Source: an uncultured delta proteobacterium (GTDB taxonomy: Bacteria > Desulfobacterota > Binatia > Binatales > Binataceae). Taken from it: DNA of 64,000 bases. Of the stretch, positions 1-10,694 are shown piece by piece. The translations under genes were made by a program, and so were the position numbers. Position 1 is the stretch's first letter. The number at the start of each line of letters is the position of its first letter. The DNA lies in NCBI GenBank assembly GCA_963794325.1, contig CAWCDG010000004.1:128001-192000 (forward strand). The letters run 5' to 3'. The notes under the pieces were generated by a model that was not told where the DNA came from, searched no databases, and saw only the letters and a program-made list of their open reading frames with translations.

Positions 1-389
1 GGCCGGAATGCGACGTTCCACATCACCTTGGTTCCGGCATCCGGATCGTTTGCATCGACGATCGGGAACGGCTCGCCGGCGACGTAGCCGACCAGGCTGC
101 GATGATCCGGAGTCAGGCGGACCTGGCTGGAATACTTCTCAGTCGCGTCCTTGTAAGGCGGCGGCCAATCGATACGCTCGGACGGCGTGACCTGGATAGT
201 CATCCCGTGCAGCACGCGCAGGAACTGTCCCGGAGAGACGAGGTTTTTTACCTTGGACGCGTTGTCGGGCGTGATGAAGTCGCCGGGCTTCACCTGAGCC
301 GATGCGGGCGCGTTGGAAAGCCCGACTAAAACTGCCAACGCGGTGAGGGTTAGGAGGCACCACTTTCCCAATCCGATTGCGCGATTCAT
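1..389 (-). CDS. DUF1329-family exported protein, N-terminal part (runs off window)
   Basis: Manually translated from ATG 389 with AAGGAG RBS: MNRAIGLGKWCLLTLTALAVLVGLSNAPASAQVKPGDFITPDNASKVKNLVSPG...YVAGEPFPIVDANDPDAGTKVMWN; signal peptide plus ITxxN and G.PFP..D..DP.AG.K..WN motifs typical of DUF1329. Not in ORF track because it is partial. Confidence 0.75.
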   Translation of the reverse strand, partial: MNRAIGLGKWCLLTLTALAVLVGLSNAPASAQVKPGDFITPDNASKVKNLVSPGQFLRVLHGMTIQVTPSERIDWPPPYKDATEKYSSQVRLTPDHRSLVGYVAGEPFPIVDANDPDAGTKVMWNVAFR

Positions 390-723
390 GTTGGCTCCTT
401 CTTTCGACAAGTGATTTTGCCGTCGTCTGGAAATAATCCGCTACAATCTCTATCTACCTACATTTGGTCATTAGTCGTACTGCTCCCAGTCGTCAATAGC
501 AATAATACTCGGAAAGATTGAGTCGGATAATTACCTTGATTACATGACAAGTTCCGGGCCATGACTCGAATCGGGCAGACGGTCAAGATATTGGAGCACA
601 AACATTCAGGCTGGCTGAGCAGGGGAAACTAATGCTGATTACCGCGGAGAATCGATGATCGTTCCAAAAGACGCGCTCATCGGGTATGGATATTGAGATA
701 AGAAGATCTTGTAGGAATTGGCA

Positions 724-1077
724 ATGACGACCTGGTTTCCCGTCGCTGTGACAGTGATCGTTGCCGGCTTGATTGTCGGCGTCATGTGCACGATCAACAT
801 GCTGGTCGGGCCCAAGCGCCCCAGCGAGATAAAGGGCGAGGCTTTCGAATGCGGCAATCCGCCGAGCGGATCGGCGTTTGGGCGGTTCTCGGTGCGGTTC
901 TACCTGACGGCGATTCTGTTTCTGCTGTTCGACGTCGAAGTGATTTTTCTGTATCCGTGGGCGGTCGAGTTGCGGCACCTGGGAATGTTCGGCTTCGTCG
1001 AGGCACTGATCTTCATCGCGATCCTCGGCGTCGGGCTGCTGTACGCATGGCAGCGCGGCGCGCTCGACTGGGACTAG
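724..1077 (+). CDS. nuoA: NADH-quinone oxidoreductase subunit A
   Basis: FECG loop, FYLTAILFLLFDVEVIFLYPWA, three TM helices, ends GALDWD. Confidence 0.95.
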   Translation: MTTWFPVAVTVIVAGLIVGVMCTINMLVGPKRPSEIKGEAFECGNPPSGSAFGRFSVRFYLTAILFLLFDVEVIFLYPWAVELRHLGMFGFVEALIFIAILGVGLLYAWQRGALDWD

Positions 1078-1083
1078 CAATCG

Positions 1084-1584
1084 ATGTTGACGGAAAAACT
1101 TAAAGAACGCTTCGGCGACCAGATTCTCAGCGCGCAAAACGAGCGCGACGAAGAAACTTTCACAATCGATCTCGAAGGCGCCTACGATTTTTTTCGCGCG
1201 CTGCGCGACGATCCGGATTTCCAATTCAATTTCCTCACCGATTTGACCGCCGTCGATTGGCTGGAGCGCAAGCCGCGCTTCGACGTCGTCTATCAGCTCA
1301 ACTCGCTCACCCTCGCCCATCGCATCCGCGTCAAGATTGCGGTGGACGCACCCGAGCCGTGGGTCCACAGCGTAGTGGGTGTGTGGGGTGCGGCGGACTG
1401 GCTCGAGCGCGAATGCTTCGACATGTTCGGAATCGTGTTCAAGGGGCATCCCGACTTGCGGCGTATCCTGATGTACGATTCGTTCGAGGGACACCCGCTG
1501 CGCAAGGACTACCTGTACAACAAGCGCCAGCCGATCGTCCCGGAAATAGATCCGGTCGTGAATCCGATTCGCTCGTCGCGCTAG
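1084..1584 (+). CDS. nuoC: NADH-quinone oxidoreductase subunit C
   Basis: LTDLTAVD, WLERECFDMFGIVFKGHPDLRRILM, GHPLRKDY. Confidence 0.95.
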   Translation: MLTEKLKERFGDQILSAQNERDEETFTIDLEGAYDFFRALRDDPDFQFNFLTDLTAVDWLERKPRFDVVYQLNSLTLAHRIRVKIAVDAPEPWVHSVVGVWGAADWLERECFDMFGIVFKGHPDLRRILMYDSFEGHPLRKDYLYNKRQPIVPEIDPVVNPIRSSR

Positions 1585-1604
1585 AACTCGACGCGATTAA
1601 AACG

Positions 1605-2819
1605 ATGGCACTACCAGCGCGCTGGAAAAACAAGATCGTCCCGTCGGATCCGTCCGAGGAGATCATGGAACTGCAGATGGGGCCGTCGCATCCGGCGTCG
1701 CACGGCACCATCAAGTTCAATCTCAAGCTCGACGGCGAGCAGATCGTCGATTGCGACGTCGAGGTCGGCTTCCTGCATCGCGGATTCGAAAAGATGTGCG
1801 AGCAGGGAACCTGGACGCAATGCTTCCCTTACACCGACCGGCTGAATTATGCGTCGCCGTGTATCAACAACGTCGGCTTCGCGCTCGCGGTCGAGCGCCT
1901 GCTTGGCATCGACACGACTGAGCGATGCAAGTATGTGCGCATGATCATGAGCGAAGTCGCGCGCATCGCGGATCACCTGACCTGCCTCGGGATGGCGTCG
2001 AGCGAAGTCGGCGCGACGACCGTCGCGTTCTACATGCTCGAGGCGCGCGAGTTTTTGTACGACCTGATCGAAGCGGTGACCGGTGCGCGATTGACCGTCA
2101 CCTGGTGCCGCGTCGGTGGCATGACGCATGACCTGCCCGCGGATTTCAACGATCGGATGAAGGCGTCGTTCGCGCGGCTTGACCAGGTTCTCAGCGATTG
2201 CGACAAGCTGCTCTCGCGCAACCGCGTATTCATCGACCGGATGGCAGGCGTCGGGAAATTCCCGAAGGAAGAGGCCATCTCGTACGGGTTGACGGGTCCG
2301 CTGCTGCGCGCGGCCGGCGTGTCGTACGACGTCCGCAAGGCGCATCCGTACCTGGTGTACGACCGGATGCAGTTCGAAGTGCCGCTGGGCGATCGCGGCG
2401 ACAACTACGATCGCTTCAACGTGCGCTTCCAGGAGATGTACCAGTCCAAACGGATCATCGAGCAGGCGATCGCGACGCTGCCCGAAGGTCCCGTCACGAT
2501 CACCGATCCCAAGGTCGTGCTGCCCGACAAGGAAAAAGTTTACAACTCGATCGAAGGCCTGATGAATCACTTCAAGCTGATCATGGAGGGCATCCACGTG
2601 CCCGCCGGCGAAGTGTACCAGGCGGTCGAGGGCGGCAACGGCGAGTTGGGATTTTACATCGTGAGCGACGGCAGCGGGCGGCCGTATCGCGTGCGCGTGC
2701 GGCCGCCGTGCTTTCTCGGAATGGGTGCGCTCAACAAGATGCTGATAGGACGCATGATCCCGGACATCATCACGACCTTCGGCATGATCAACATGATCGG
2801 CGGCGAGTGCGATCGCTAG
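1605..2819 (+). CDS. nuoD: NADH-quinone oxidoreductase subunit D
   Basis: MGPSHPASHG, GFLHRGFEK, DRLNY, NGELG, C-terminal GECDR; start moved to ATG 1605 downstream of nuoC stop. Confidence 0.95.
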   Translation: MALPARWKNKIVPSDPSEEIMELQMGPSHPASHGTIKFNLKLDGEQIVDCDVEVGFLHRGFEKMCEQGTWTQCFPYTDRLNYASPCINNVGFALAVERLLGIDTTERCKYVRMIMSEVARIADHLTCLGMASSEVGATTVAFYMLEAREFLYDLIEAVTGARLTVTWCRVGGMTHDLPADFNDRMKASFARLDQVLSDCDKLLSRNRVFIDRMAGVGKFPKEEAISYGLTGPLLRAAGVSYDVRKAHPYLVYDRMQFEVPLGDRGDNYDRFNVRFQEMYQSKRIIEQAIATLPEGPVTITDPKVVLPDKEKVYNSIEGLMNHFKLIMEGIHVPAGEVYQAVEGGNGELGFYIVSDGSGRPYRVRVRPPCFLGMGALNKMLIGRMIPDIITTFGMINMIGGECDR

Positions 2820-5249
2820 CGCCGCGTCACCTGCTCGCCGCCAATCGCAAACGTCTTCCTCACCAGCGTCGTAGAATCGAAGAACAGAAACGGCGTCGGC
2901 ATCGTGTCAGGCGGTCGCGGCCTGATTGCGAATCCTCGCGTATCCGGCAATCCGTCGGTCTGATCTATTACCGTCACGACGAACGGCGCGGGCGTCGCGA
3001 GCTTGAGAGTGAGATCGAATCCGGTCGCCGGCGCGCGCCAGTACCATCCGCTCCATCCGTCGGTGATGCGATGTGCCGCTGACTTGCCGTCGATCGACGC
3101 GCCGAGCACCGTCACGCCGACCGGCACTGACATCCAGGTAATCGAAGCTTTGCGCGCCGACGCGATATGCATCTTCACCGTACGCTCGCCGGAGATCGTC
3201 GAGTCATCGAGCACTTTGAGCTCAGGCCGCGGCGCGTTGATAAGAGGCGCGTCGCCCTCGGTCGTTCGGCCGCGATTCAGAGATGCGAAATCGCCCGAGA
3301 TTCGCAGGAGATTGCTCTCCGGCGTTTCTGCGGTCGCGAGCCCGGCGAGTTTCGCCAGCCATCCGCCATGCACATGATGCTGGAAAAATTGCGACGGTGA
3401 AAGTGTCGGGTCGCGAATCCAGGCTGACCCATCGCGCACGCCCGCGATCCGAATCGAGAAAATAAAAGATACTGTCGGGATGCGGGTGCGTAGCGTCGAA
3501 GTTACTGGCAGCGTTGCCCTTGATGATCATCGCGAGCGCAAGCAAACCGAGCGCGCCGGGCACGATCCATCGCCGTCCAGCGGTTAGAAAATCGATGTAG
3601 GGGATATACAAGCCGAAAAGCGTGACAGCGGCCAAACCGCCAGATATGAGGAAATGCGTTGTGCCGTCGGCGCTCGCGGCGAATGATGGCGCAAGCCTCA
3701 TGGTTGGAAGCGTCACTGCAACCAGCGTGAGAATTGTGCGCCGGATCGTAAGACGATCGCCGGTCGCACTTGTGCGATAGCCGATTGCGAGCGTCGCGAG
3801 GAGGAGCGGCCACCAGAAAGTATGCCTGGCGGCAGGCAGCGAAATCGTCGTTGTGATCGTGGTGGCTGCCAAAACGACGAGCGCGCCTACTCCCAAATTT
3901 CGCAAATCAACGCGTCGATCAATCTGCTCGTACGCCGCCCACAACATGCCAAACATCAGCGCGTTAGCAGCAACCGAATAGTAGAACCCGCCGTAGGTCG
4001 TGCCGATCGGCAGCATTCGCCATCCAGCGAGCATAGCGGTCAGCCGCCAGACAGCGTACGCCGTGACGATCGATGCTGCGATTGCAATCGCATAGATCGC
4101 AAATCCGGCAACGATACCGCCGATGGTAAACTGCCCGTCGCGGATTCCAAACCAGATCACCCCGAGCAGGAGGATCGGCACGAGGACCGCTAACGGGAGC
4201 ACCAGCCGCTTCAAGTAGTAGCTCAGTGATCCGGACGGCACGTAGGAAGCAGCGCCTCCGGCGGCCGGGAGACCGGCCAGATCAATCGTACCGAACCCGC
4301 GTGCCATCGAGAGAGCATACTTCCCCTGATCCTGCAGCGAGCGCTGGTCGAGTAAATCGACGTTGTCGAGGTTGGTGTGATAACGCGTAATTCCTCGGAT
4401 AGCCCCGAAAGTGATCCCGTCAATTCCGGCGTCGAGAAAAACATTCAAATCGGTCTCGCCCGATATCGTCCGATCCAACGACTCTGCGAAGGAGCTCTTC
4501 GGCGCGATTGGTCCTTTGGCCGCGAGCCATGAATTGTCCGATTTGGTTTGGAACATTACAGATGGACCGTAGTCGCCACGCATTTCTAAATTCAGTACGA
4601 GCTTGATCTTTTGAAGCGCTGGGGAAGTTTCGACGAAACCCTGCGCGCCGAGCTGCCCTAGCTCCTCGCCATCACTGAACAGAACGATAAGATTGTTACG
4701 AAGCACGCGATTGACCTTGAGAGCGCGGATCGTTTCGAGGATCGCCGCGACCGATGCGGCGTTGTCGCCAGCGCCGGGACTACTGGGCACCGAGTCGTAA
4801 TGCGCGACTATCAGCACCGCGCCGGTCGGGTGCGTCCCGGGAATCTTCGCGACGACGTTGTTCACGACGGCCCACGTGTCCGGGCCAAACGGAGTATGGC
4901 GCGCGACAGTCGTCGTTTGAACTTCGGGATTCACGCCGAGTTCTCGCAAGCGCCCGACGAGATACTCGCGGACCCGATCGTTTTCGGCTGAGCCGAGCGG
5001 ATGCGGCGCTTTCGCGATCTCCCGCACATCGCGCATCGCGCGGGCCGCGGAGAATTCTGTCGCGGGCGCATTCGCGTCGAGGGCAGCCGGCGGCTCGATG
5101 CTGTGGATTGCGAAAAATCCGATCAGAATCAGCAGGGCAAATGTGATTGGACCGGCGACACTGTCCGGGATGCGCGGTTCGTCGGTCAAATCAGGACTTC
5201 CTTGAACGTACCAGGGCCACTTATACGCGGATGCGGTCGCGACGAACAA
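2816..5249 (-). CDS. M28-family membrane-bound metallopeptidase (ERMP1-like), split by a frameshift near 3395
   Basis: AHYDSV..SPGAGDN, DGEELG, NLEMRG, ETD, YHT..D then TM region; ORF 3222..5249 continues in ORF 2816..3439 (..RPDTFT / SQFFQHHVHGGW..). Confidence 0.85.
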
Positions 5250-5305
5250 CGCGTACGCTCTTTGCGGCGCCGGTCCGCGTCGTTATCATCGAGCGTAGTC
5301 TCGAA

Positions 5306-6385
5306 ATGCCCTCTCTCGAAGCCATCGCCCCGCAAATCGTGCCACCGCCGCGTCGTGTGTTGATCGTGCTGATGGGCGCGATCGGCGACGTTGTGCGCGC
5401 GCTGCCTTTGCTCGGGCGCATGCGCAGTGCGTGGCCCGACGCGCACATCGCGTGGGCGGTGGAACCCAAGTCGAGGGCAGTACTCGAACATCATCGATGG
5501 CTCGATGAAGTCATCGTGTACGATCGCGCTCACGCGCCTTGGACGTTCATTCCGTTTTTGCGGCGGATTCGCAAAGGTCATTTCGATTTGGTCATCGATC
5601 TGCAGCGTCATCTCAAGAGCGGATTCACGTCGCGAATCTCGGGCGCGCGCGATCGTTTCGGTTTCGATGCGGCGAACACCAAAGAATTCAACCATCGTTT
5701 TTCGAATCATCGGATCGCGCCGCAGCCGAACATGCGTCTGAAGTTGATGCAGTACCAGGCGTTTGGCGATGCGCTCGGCGTTGCGCAATCGCCAATCGAA
5801 TTCGGACTTGCCGCGACCGACGACGAACGCGCCCGCGCCCTCGAGATGCTGCGCGATGCGCCGCGTCCTCTGTTTGCCGTGATTCTCGGTTCGTCGTGGC
5901 CGAGCAGAATCTATTTTCCCGAATCGACCGCCGCGGTGATTCGAAGACTCGCGCAGGCCGACGGCGACAGTCCAGCGCTGTTTCCGGTGTTGCTCGGCGG
6001 TCCCGACGAGACCAATCTCGCAGGCGAAGTGATGCGCCATCTCGACGGCGTGCCCGCGCTGAATCTGGCAGGACGTACCTCGCTGCGTGATCTGATCGCA
6101 ATCTTCCCGGAATGCGCCGTCGCTTTCGGACCCGACTCGGGCCCGATGCATATCGCGGCCGCCGTGGGATGCCCGGTGGTATCGCTGTGGGGCGCCACCG
6201 CCGCCGAGCGATCCGCGCCGTGGGGTTTTGCCGGGTTGGCAATCAGCGGCGAGATTCCGTGCCATCCCTGCTATCTTCGTAAATGCCCAATCGGGCGCGA
6301 ATGCATGCGGCGAATATCTCCTGAAGAAGTCGGCGTCACGGTTAGACGCGCGCTTGCGATGCCGCGAGCCGGAGCGGCTCGATGA
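5306..6385 (+). CDS. Glycosyltransferase family 9 (LPS heptosyltransferase, WaaC/WaaF-like)
   Basis: GAIGDVV, DLVIDLQ, NLAGRTSL, GPDSGPMHIAAAVG, CHPCYLRKCP. Confidence 0.9.
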   Translation: MPSLEAIAPQIVPPPRRVLIVLMGAIGDVVRALPLLGRMRSAWPDAHIAWAVEPKSRAVLEHHRWLDEVIVYDRAHAPWTFIPFLRRIRKGHFDLVIDLQRHLKSGFTSRISGARDRFGFDAANTKEFNHRFSNHRIAPQPNMRLKLMQYQAFGDALGVAQSPIEFGLAATDDERARALEMLRDAPRPLFAVILGSSWPSRIYFPESTAAVIRRLAQADGDSPALFPVLLGGPDETNLAGEVMRHLDGVPALNLAGRTSLRDLIAIFPECAVAFGPDSGPMHIAAAVGCPVVSLWGATAAERSAPWGFAGLAISGEIPCHPCYLRKCPIGRECMRRISPEEVGVTVRRALAMPRAGAAR

Positions 6386-7252
6386 GTCTCTGGATGGCAG
6401 GTTTTGACGGGGTGCCGCTGACGCGTGGCGGATGGACTTTTTTTCTGCCCGACTACGACGCGCGATATTCAGAAGAGCTTCGCGAGGAGCTGATCGACTC
6501 CGCGTTCGCCGCAATCGACGGCACGCTGGCTACTCGCGTGCGGCGCTCGCGTCACGCCGAGACGTGGTCCAATCGTTTCGAACATGCGGGCGGTCCGCAG
6601 GCCTACTTCAAAGTGCTCGACCCAATCCGCGGTTTGAGTCGAGTCAGGTGGATATTCAAGCGCAGACGCGCGGCGCACGTCGCGTCAGTCTCGGAGCATC
6701 TGCGGGCGGACGGGATCGAAGTTGCGGAAATTCTGCTGCTTGGTGCGGAACGACGCGGCGGCCGCGAGATAATCGTGACCTCGCGGATCGACGGATTTAA
6801 CCTCGTGCGTCATTTGAAGCGTGCGACGGCTTGCGTCCAGGCGCGTCGTTTTGCGTGCGCTCGGCGCGGAAGTCGCGCGGATGCATCACGCGGGATACAT
6901 CCACGGCGACCTGACTCCGTACAACATTTTCGTAACGGGAATCGATCCGCCGAAATTTGTTTTCATCGATCATGAGCGCACGCGGCGCACGATACTCAGC
7001 CGTTTCGAGCGGCCGCGGATGCGCAACCTGGTTCAACTGGGGCATCTAAACGTCGGCGGCGTGACGAATACAGATCGGATGCGCGTGTGGTGCGGCTACT
7101 CCGCCGCGTTTTCCACGCGACACCGGCGTGCGGCGCGTCGGCGCATTGCCGCGATGTTAGCGGCAAGAATTTCGCTCGAACGCAAACCGGGCTCGGCGAC
7201 AGCCAACCCATCATCGTCGCTTGAGCAGCATCCGGAGGCGAGTAGCAGCTGA
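6382..7252 (+). CDS. LPS kinase (Kdo/WaaP/InaA family), frameshift near 6820
   Basis: N-lobe YFK in 6382..6975; catalytic HGDLTPYNI and IDHE in 6821..7252; overlaps neighbours as in an operon. Confidence 0.75.
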
Positions 7253-7944
7253 TGTCGGAGCGGACCAAAATTTCAGTGGTGATTCCGGTTTACAACGAGG
7301 CCGCGACCATCGGCCGCGTGATCGAGCGGGTGCTGGATTGCGGCATGGACCCCGAGGTCATCGTGGTTGACGACGCTTCGACCGACGGCACCGGAAAGTT
7401 TCTGCGCGAGTTCAACCATCCGCAGGTTCGAAGCTTTTTTCACAGCGTGAATCGCGGCAAAGGCGCTGCGCTGCGGCTCGGATTTGCGGCGGCCACGAAT
7501 CCTTACGTATTCGTGCAGGATGCCGACCTCGAATACGATCCGCGCGACTATTCCGCGATGATCGGGCCAATGCTCGACGGCCGCGCCGACATGGTTTACG
7601 GATCGCGCTTCCTCTCCGGGCCGCATCGCGTCATGTTCTTTTGGCATTACGTGGCGAACCGCGCGGTGACGCTGCTCTCCGACATGGTCAGCGATCTGAA
7701 TCTGACCGATATGGAAACCGGGATGAAGGGCTTCGTGCGCGAGAAGCTGATGACCCTCAAATTGAACGCGAACCGTTTCACTTTTGAACCGGAGATCACG
7801 GCCAAAGCGGCGCGGGCTCGATGGCGAATCTTCGAAGTGCCGGTGTCGTATTCCGGACGGACCTATGAAGAGGGAAAGAAAATCGGCATTCGCGACGCTC
7901 TAACGGCGGTGTGCGCGATTCTCTATTACAGATTTTTCGATTGA
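7252..7944 (+). CDS. GT2 polyprenyl-phosphate glycosyltransferase (DPM1/ArnC-like)
   Basis: IPVYNE, VDDASTDGT, NRGKGAA, QDADLEYDP, GSRF, DMETG, FEPE. Confidence 0.9.
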   Translation: MSERTKISVVIPVYNEAATIGRVIERVLDCGMDPEVIVVDDASTDGTGKFLREFNHPQVRSFFHSVNRGKGAALRLGFAAATNPYVFVQDADLEYDPRDYSAMIGPMLDGRADMVYGSRFLSGPHRVMFFWHYVANRAVTLLSDMVSDLNLTDMETGMKGFVREKLMTLKLNANRFTFEPEITAKAARARWRIFEVPVSYSGRTYEEGKKIGIRDALTAVCAILYYRFFD

Positions 7945-7961
7945 CGGATCCGAATTTTGAG

Positions 7962-9146
7962 ATGACGCAGACCGTTCGACGTGACGACGTGAACCAAGTG
8001 ACTGCCGAGAGCAAAACGGCCGAGGCTCAACTGCTGAGCGTGGTGGGCGTCGATCCTGAGCTTGGCTTCGGCGGGGGCGAGACGCAAGTGCTTGGATTGA
8101 CCAAGGCGCTGGCCGGCAGCGGTCATCGCGCAGAGTTGATTTGCGATCCCGCGGGACGGCTCTGGGAGCGAGCGGCCGCCGAGGGAATCCGATGCCATCC
8201 GCTGCACATCCGCAACGCGATCGACCTGGCGGCGGGGGTCAAGCTGCGCGCGATCCTGAAACGCGAACGCTACGACGTCGTTCATTTTCACACTTCGCGC
8301 GCGCATTCGATGGCGCCGTTCGCGCGCGGATTCGCAAGCACGCTGGTGGTGACGCGGCGGATGGACTACCGGCCCAATCGAGTGTTCGCTCCGCTTCTGT
8401 TCAATCGCGCAGTAGATGGCGTCATCGCGATCTCCGGCGGCGTTGCCGATTCGCTGGCGGCCGCGGGTGTCGATCGTAAGCGCGTCGCTGTCGTTCATAG
8501 CGGCGTGGATTGCGGCCATTTTCGCCCGCCAACGATCGCGGAACGAGCAGATGCACGCGGCGCTCTCGGAATTTCGGATGGCGAGATTGTTATATCGGCG
8601 GTCGGCGCACTCGAGCAGCGCAAGGGCCATCGCTATCTTATCGAAGCTGTCGGAGGGCCCGCGGCAACCGGGAAGTTCAAGTGTTTTATCGCTGGTCAGG
8701 GTGCGATTGGTAGAATTCTGCAAGACGAGATCGCGGTCCTTCGACGCCTCGATCGCATAAAGCTGTTGGGCAGAGTCGACGACCTGCGCCAGCTGCTGTG
8801 GGCGTCGGATATATTTGTAATGCCGTCGCTGAAAGAAGGACTCGGTGTGGCCGCTCTGGAAGCCATGGCGAGCGGGCTTCCCGTGATTGCGAGCGATGTT
8901 GGCGGCCTGCGCGAAGTAGTCGAAGATGATCGCACGGGAATCATTGTGCCGCCGGCCAATGCCGCGGCAATCGCATCGGCGATTCTACGATTGGCAGAAG
9001 AGGCCGCGTTGAGAACTAAGATGGGCGCGGCGGCGCGAGCGCGCGTCGTGGAGAATTACTCGATGGAGAAAATGGCGGCGCGGACGCTCGCACTCTATCG
9101 CGAGTATGTGAGAAAAACGCGGGAGGGAAGGGCCGCAGCGACATGA
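7962..9146 (+). CDS. Glycosyltransferase family 4
   Basis: GGGETQV, QRKGH, PSLKEGLGVAALEAMASGLPVIASDVGG. Confidence 0.9.
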   Translation: MTQTVRRDDVNQVTAESKTAEAQLLSVVGVDPELGFGGGETQVLGLTKALAGSGHRAELICDPAGRLWERAAAEGIRCHPLHIRNAIDLAAGVKLRAILKRERYDVVHFHTSRAHSMAPFARGFASTLVVTRRMDYRPNRVFAPLLFNRAVDGVIAISGGVADSLAAAGVDRKRVAVVHSGVDCGHFRPPTIAERADARGALGISDGEIVISAVGALEQRKGHRYLIEAVGGPAATGKFKCFIAGQGAIGRILQDEIAVLRRLDRIKLLGRVDDLRQLLWASDIFVMPSLKEGLGVAALEAMASGLPVIASDVGGLREVVEDDRTGIIVPPANAAAIASAILRLAEEAALRTKMGAAARARVVENYSMEKMAARTLALYREYVRKTREGRAAAT

Positions 9147-10018
9147 AAAGCATGACCGGATTCGGCAGGGCAATCGCCGAGCATGATGGCACTCGCGTGA
9201 TTGCCGAAGTGCGGGCGCTCAATCAGAGATTTTTCGAACTCAAGCTGGCGGTGCCGCGCGGATGGGGCGAGCATGAGGCGGAGATTCGCAAGACCGTGCA
9301 GAACGTCGTGGCGCGCGGGCGGGTCGAAATTTTCATCAAGTCGGTTGCGTTGAAGCCGCCGCCGGTGCGGCTCGAGGTGAACGATCGGCTGGCGAACTTG
9401 TACGTCGCCGAACTGCGCCGCCTGGGCAAGCAGCTTCATCTAAACGGCAATCCTGAAATTGGCTCGATCCTGAGCCGGCCTGAAATTTTTCACGTAGTCG
9501 AGGAGGAGCACGACTCACGCGCCGCGTTCAGCCTTGGCCAGAAGGCTTTGGTTCGCGCGTTGAAGGCGCTCGACACGGAGCGCACGCGCGAGGGCCGCAG
9601 CCTGCACAGCGACTTCACGACGCGCGTCCGCAACATCGAAGCGGCGGTGCCGAAGATCGAAAAGCTGGCCGAGCAGTCGCGCACGGAGATCCTGGAAAAT
9701 TTTCACAAACGAATTCGCGAACTGCTCGAAGAGTTGCCCGTGAACGAGAAACGTCTCTATGAGGAGGCGTCGGCGGCGTCGCAGCACGGCGATATCAGCG
9801 AAGAGATCACGCGGCTCCGCACGCATCTCGAGGGCCTCAAGATGCTGCTGAAGCGCAAGGGGCAGGTCGGGAAGTCGATTGAATTTCTGCTGCAGGAAAT
9901 CAACCGCGAAGTTAATACGATGGGATCGAAATCACAGAACGCGACGTTATCTCAAGTAACGGTTGAAGTTAAGGCTGAGGCCGAAAAAATGCGCGAGCAG
10001 GTTCAGAACGTCGAGTAG
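9143..10018 (+). CDS. yicC: YicC/YloC family endoribonuclease
   Basis: MKSMTGFG start, DISEEITRL, QEINREVNTMGSK, EKMREQVQNVE end; upstream of gmk. Confidence 0.93.
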   Translation: MKSMTGFGRAIAEHDGTRVIAEVRALNQRFFELKLAVPRGWGEHEAEIRKTVQNVVARGRVEIFIKSVALKPPPVRLEVNDRLANLYVAELRRLGKQLHLNGNPEIGSILSRPEIFHVVEEEHDSRAAFSLGQKALVRALKALDTERTREGRSLHSDFTTRVRNIEAAVPKIEKLAEQSRTEILENFHKRIRELLEELPVNEKRLYEEASAASQHGDISEEITRLRTHLEGLKMLLKRKGQVGKSIEFLLQEINREVNTMGSKSQNATLSQVTVEVKAEAEKMREQVQNVE

Positions 10019-10049
10019 GATATAGTAAAAGGGCCTTTGCACCTTATTA

Positions 10050-10694
10050 ATGGCTTCGATACCTTTGAAATCAGATGACTCTGTCCCGCCGAGACGCGGC
10101 ATCGTCTTCATCCTCTCGGCGCCGTCGGGCGCGGGCAAGACCACTATCTATCGCGCGGCGCTCAAGGCGATCGCGGGCCTGGAGTTTTCGATATCGCTGA
10201 CCACGCGCGCGCCGCGCGATGGCGAGATTAACGGCGTCGACTATAGCTTCGTGAGCGAAGAGGAATTCAAACGCAGGCAATCATCGGGCGAGCTCGCCGA
10301 ATGGGCGCGCGTTTTTGAATCATCGTACGGCACGCCGCGCGCGCCGCTCGACGCGGCAATCGCGTCGGGCCGCGACATCCTGCTCGACATCGACATCCAG
10401 GGCGCGCGGCAGATTCGCGCGAAGTATCCGGACGACGCGGTTTCGATTTTTGTGCTGGCTCCTACCTTCGAGGATCTTGCCGGACGTCTGCGCGGCCGCG
10501 CGACCGAGGATGAATCGAAAATCAAGCACCGGCTTCAGAAGGCGCGCGAAGAAGCGCAAGCCTATCCCGAATACGAGTACCTGATCGTCAACGCCGAGAT
10601 TCCAAAGTCGGTCGCGCGTCTCGAAACGATCGTAAACGCAGAGCGGCTGAAGGTCAGCCGGCTGCGCGGCGAATTCGCGCCGTGGAAGAGCTAG
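10050..10694 (+). CDS. gmk: Guanylate kinase
   Basis: SAPSGAGKTT P-loop, TTRAPRDGEINGVDY, YGT, DIDIQG. Confidence 0.95.
   Translation: MASIPLKSDDSVPPRRGIVFILSAPSGAGKTTIYRAALKAIAGLEFSISLTTRAPRDGEINGVDYSFVSEEEFKRRQSSGELAEWARVFESSYGTPRAPLDAAIASGRDILLDIDIQGARQIRAKYPDDAVSIFVLAPTFEDLAGRLRGRATEDESKIKHRLQKAREEAQAYPEYEYLIVNAEIPKSVARLETIVNAERLKVSRLRGEFAPWKS

Noticed and set aside
1605-2819. NuoD as a group 4 [NiFe]-hydrogenase large subunit
   Set aside because: No N- and C-terminal CxxC nickel motifs; has complex I quinone-site His and Tyr motifs
10050-10694. Absence of rpoZ between gmk and spoT
   Set aside because: Gene order here varies widely among lineages; not informative
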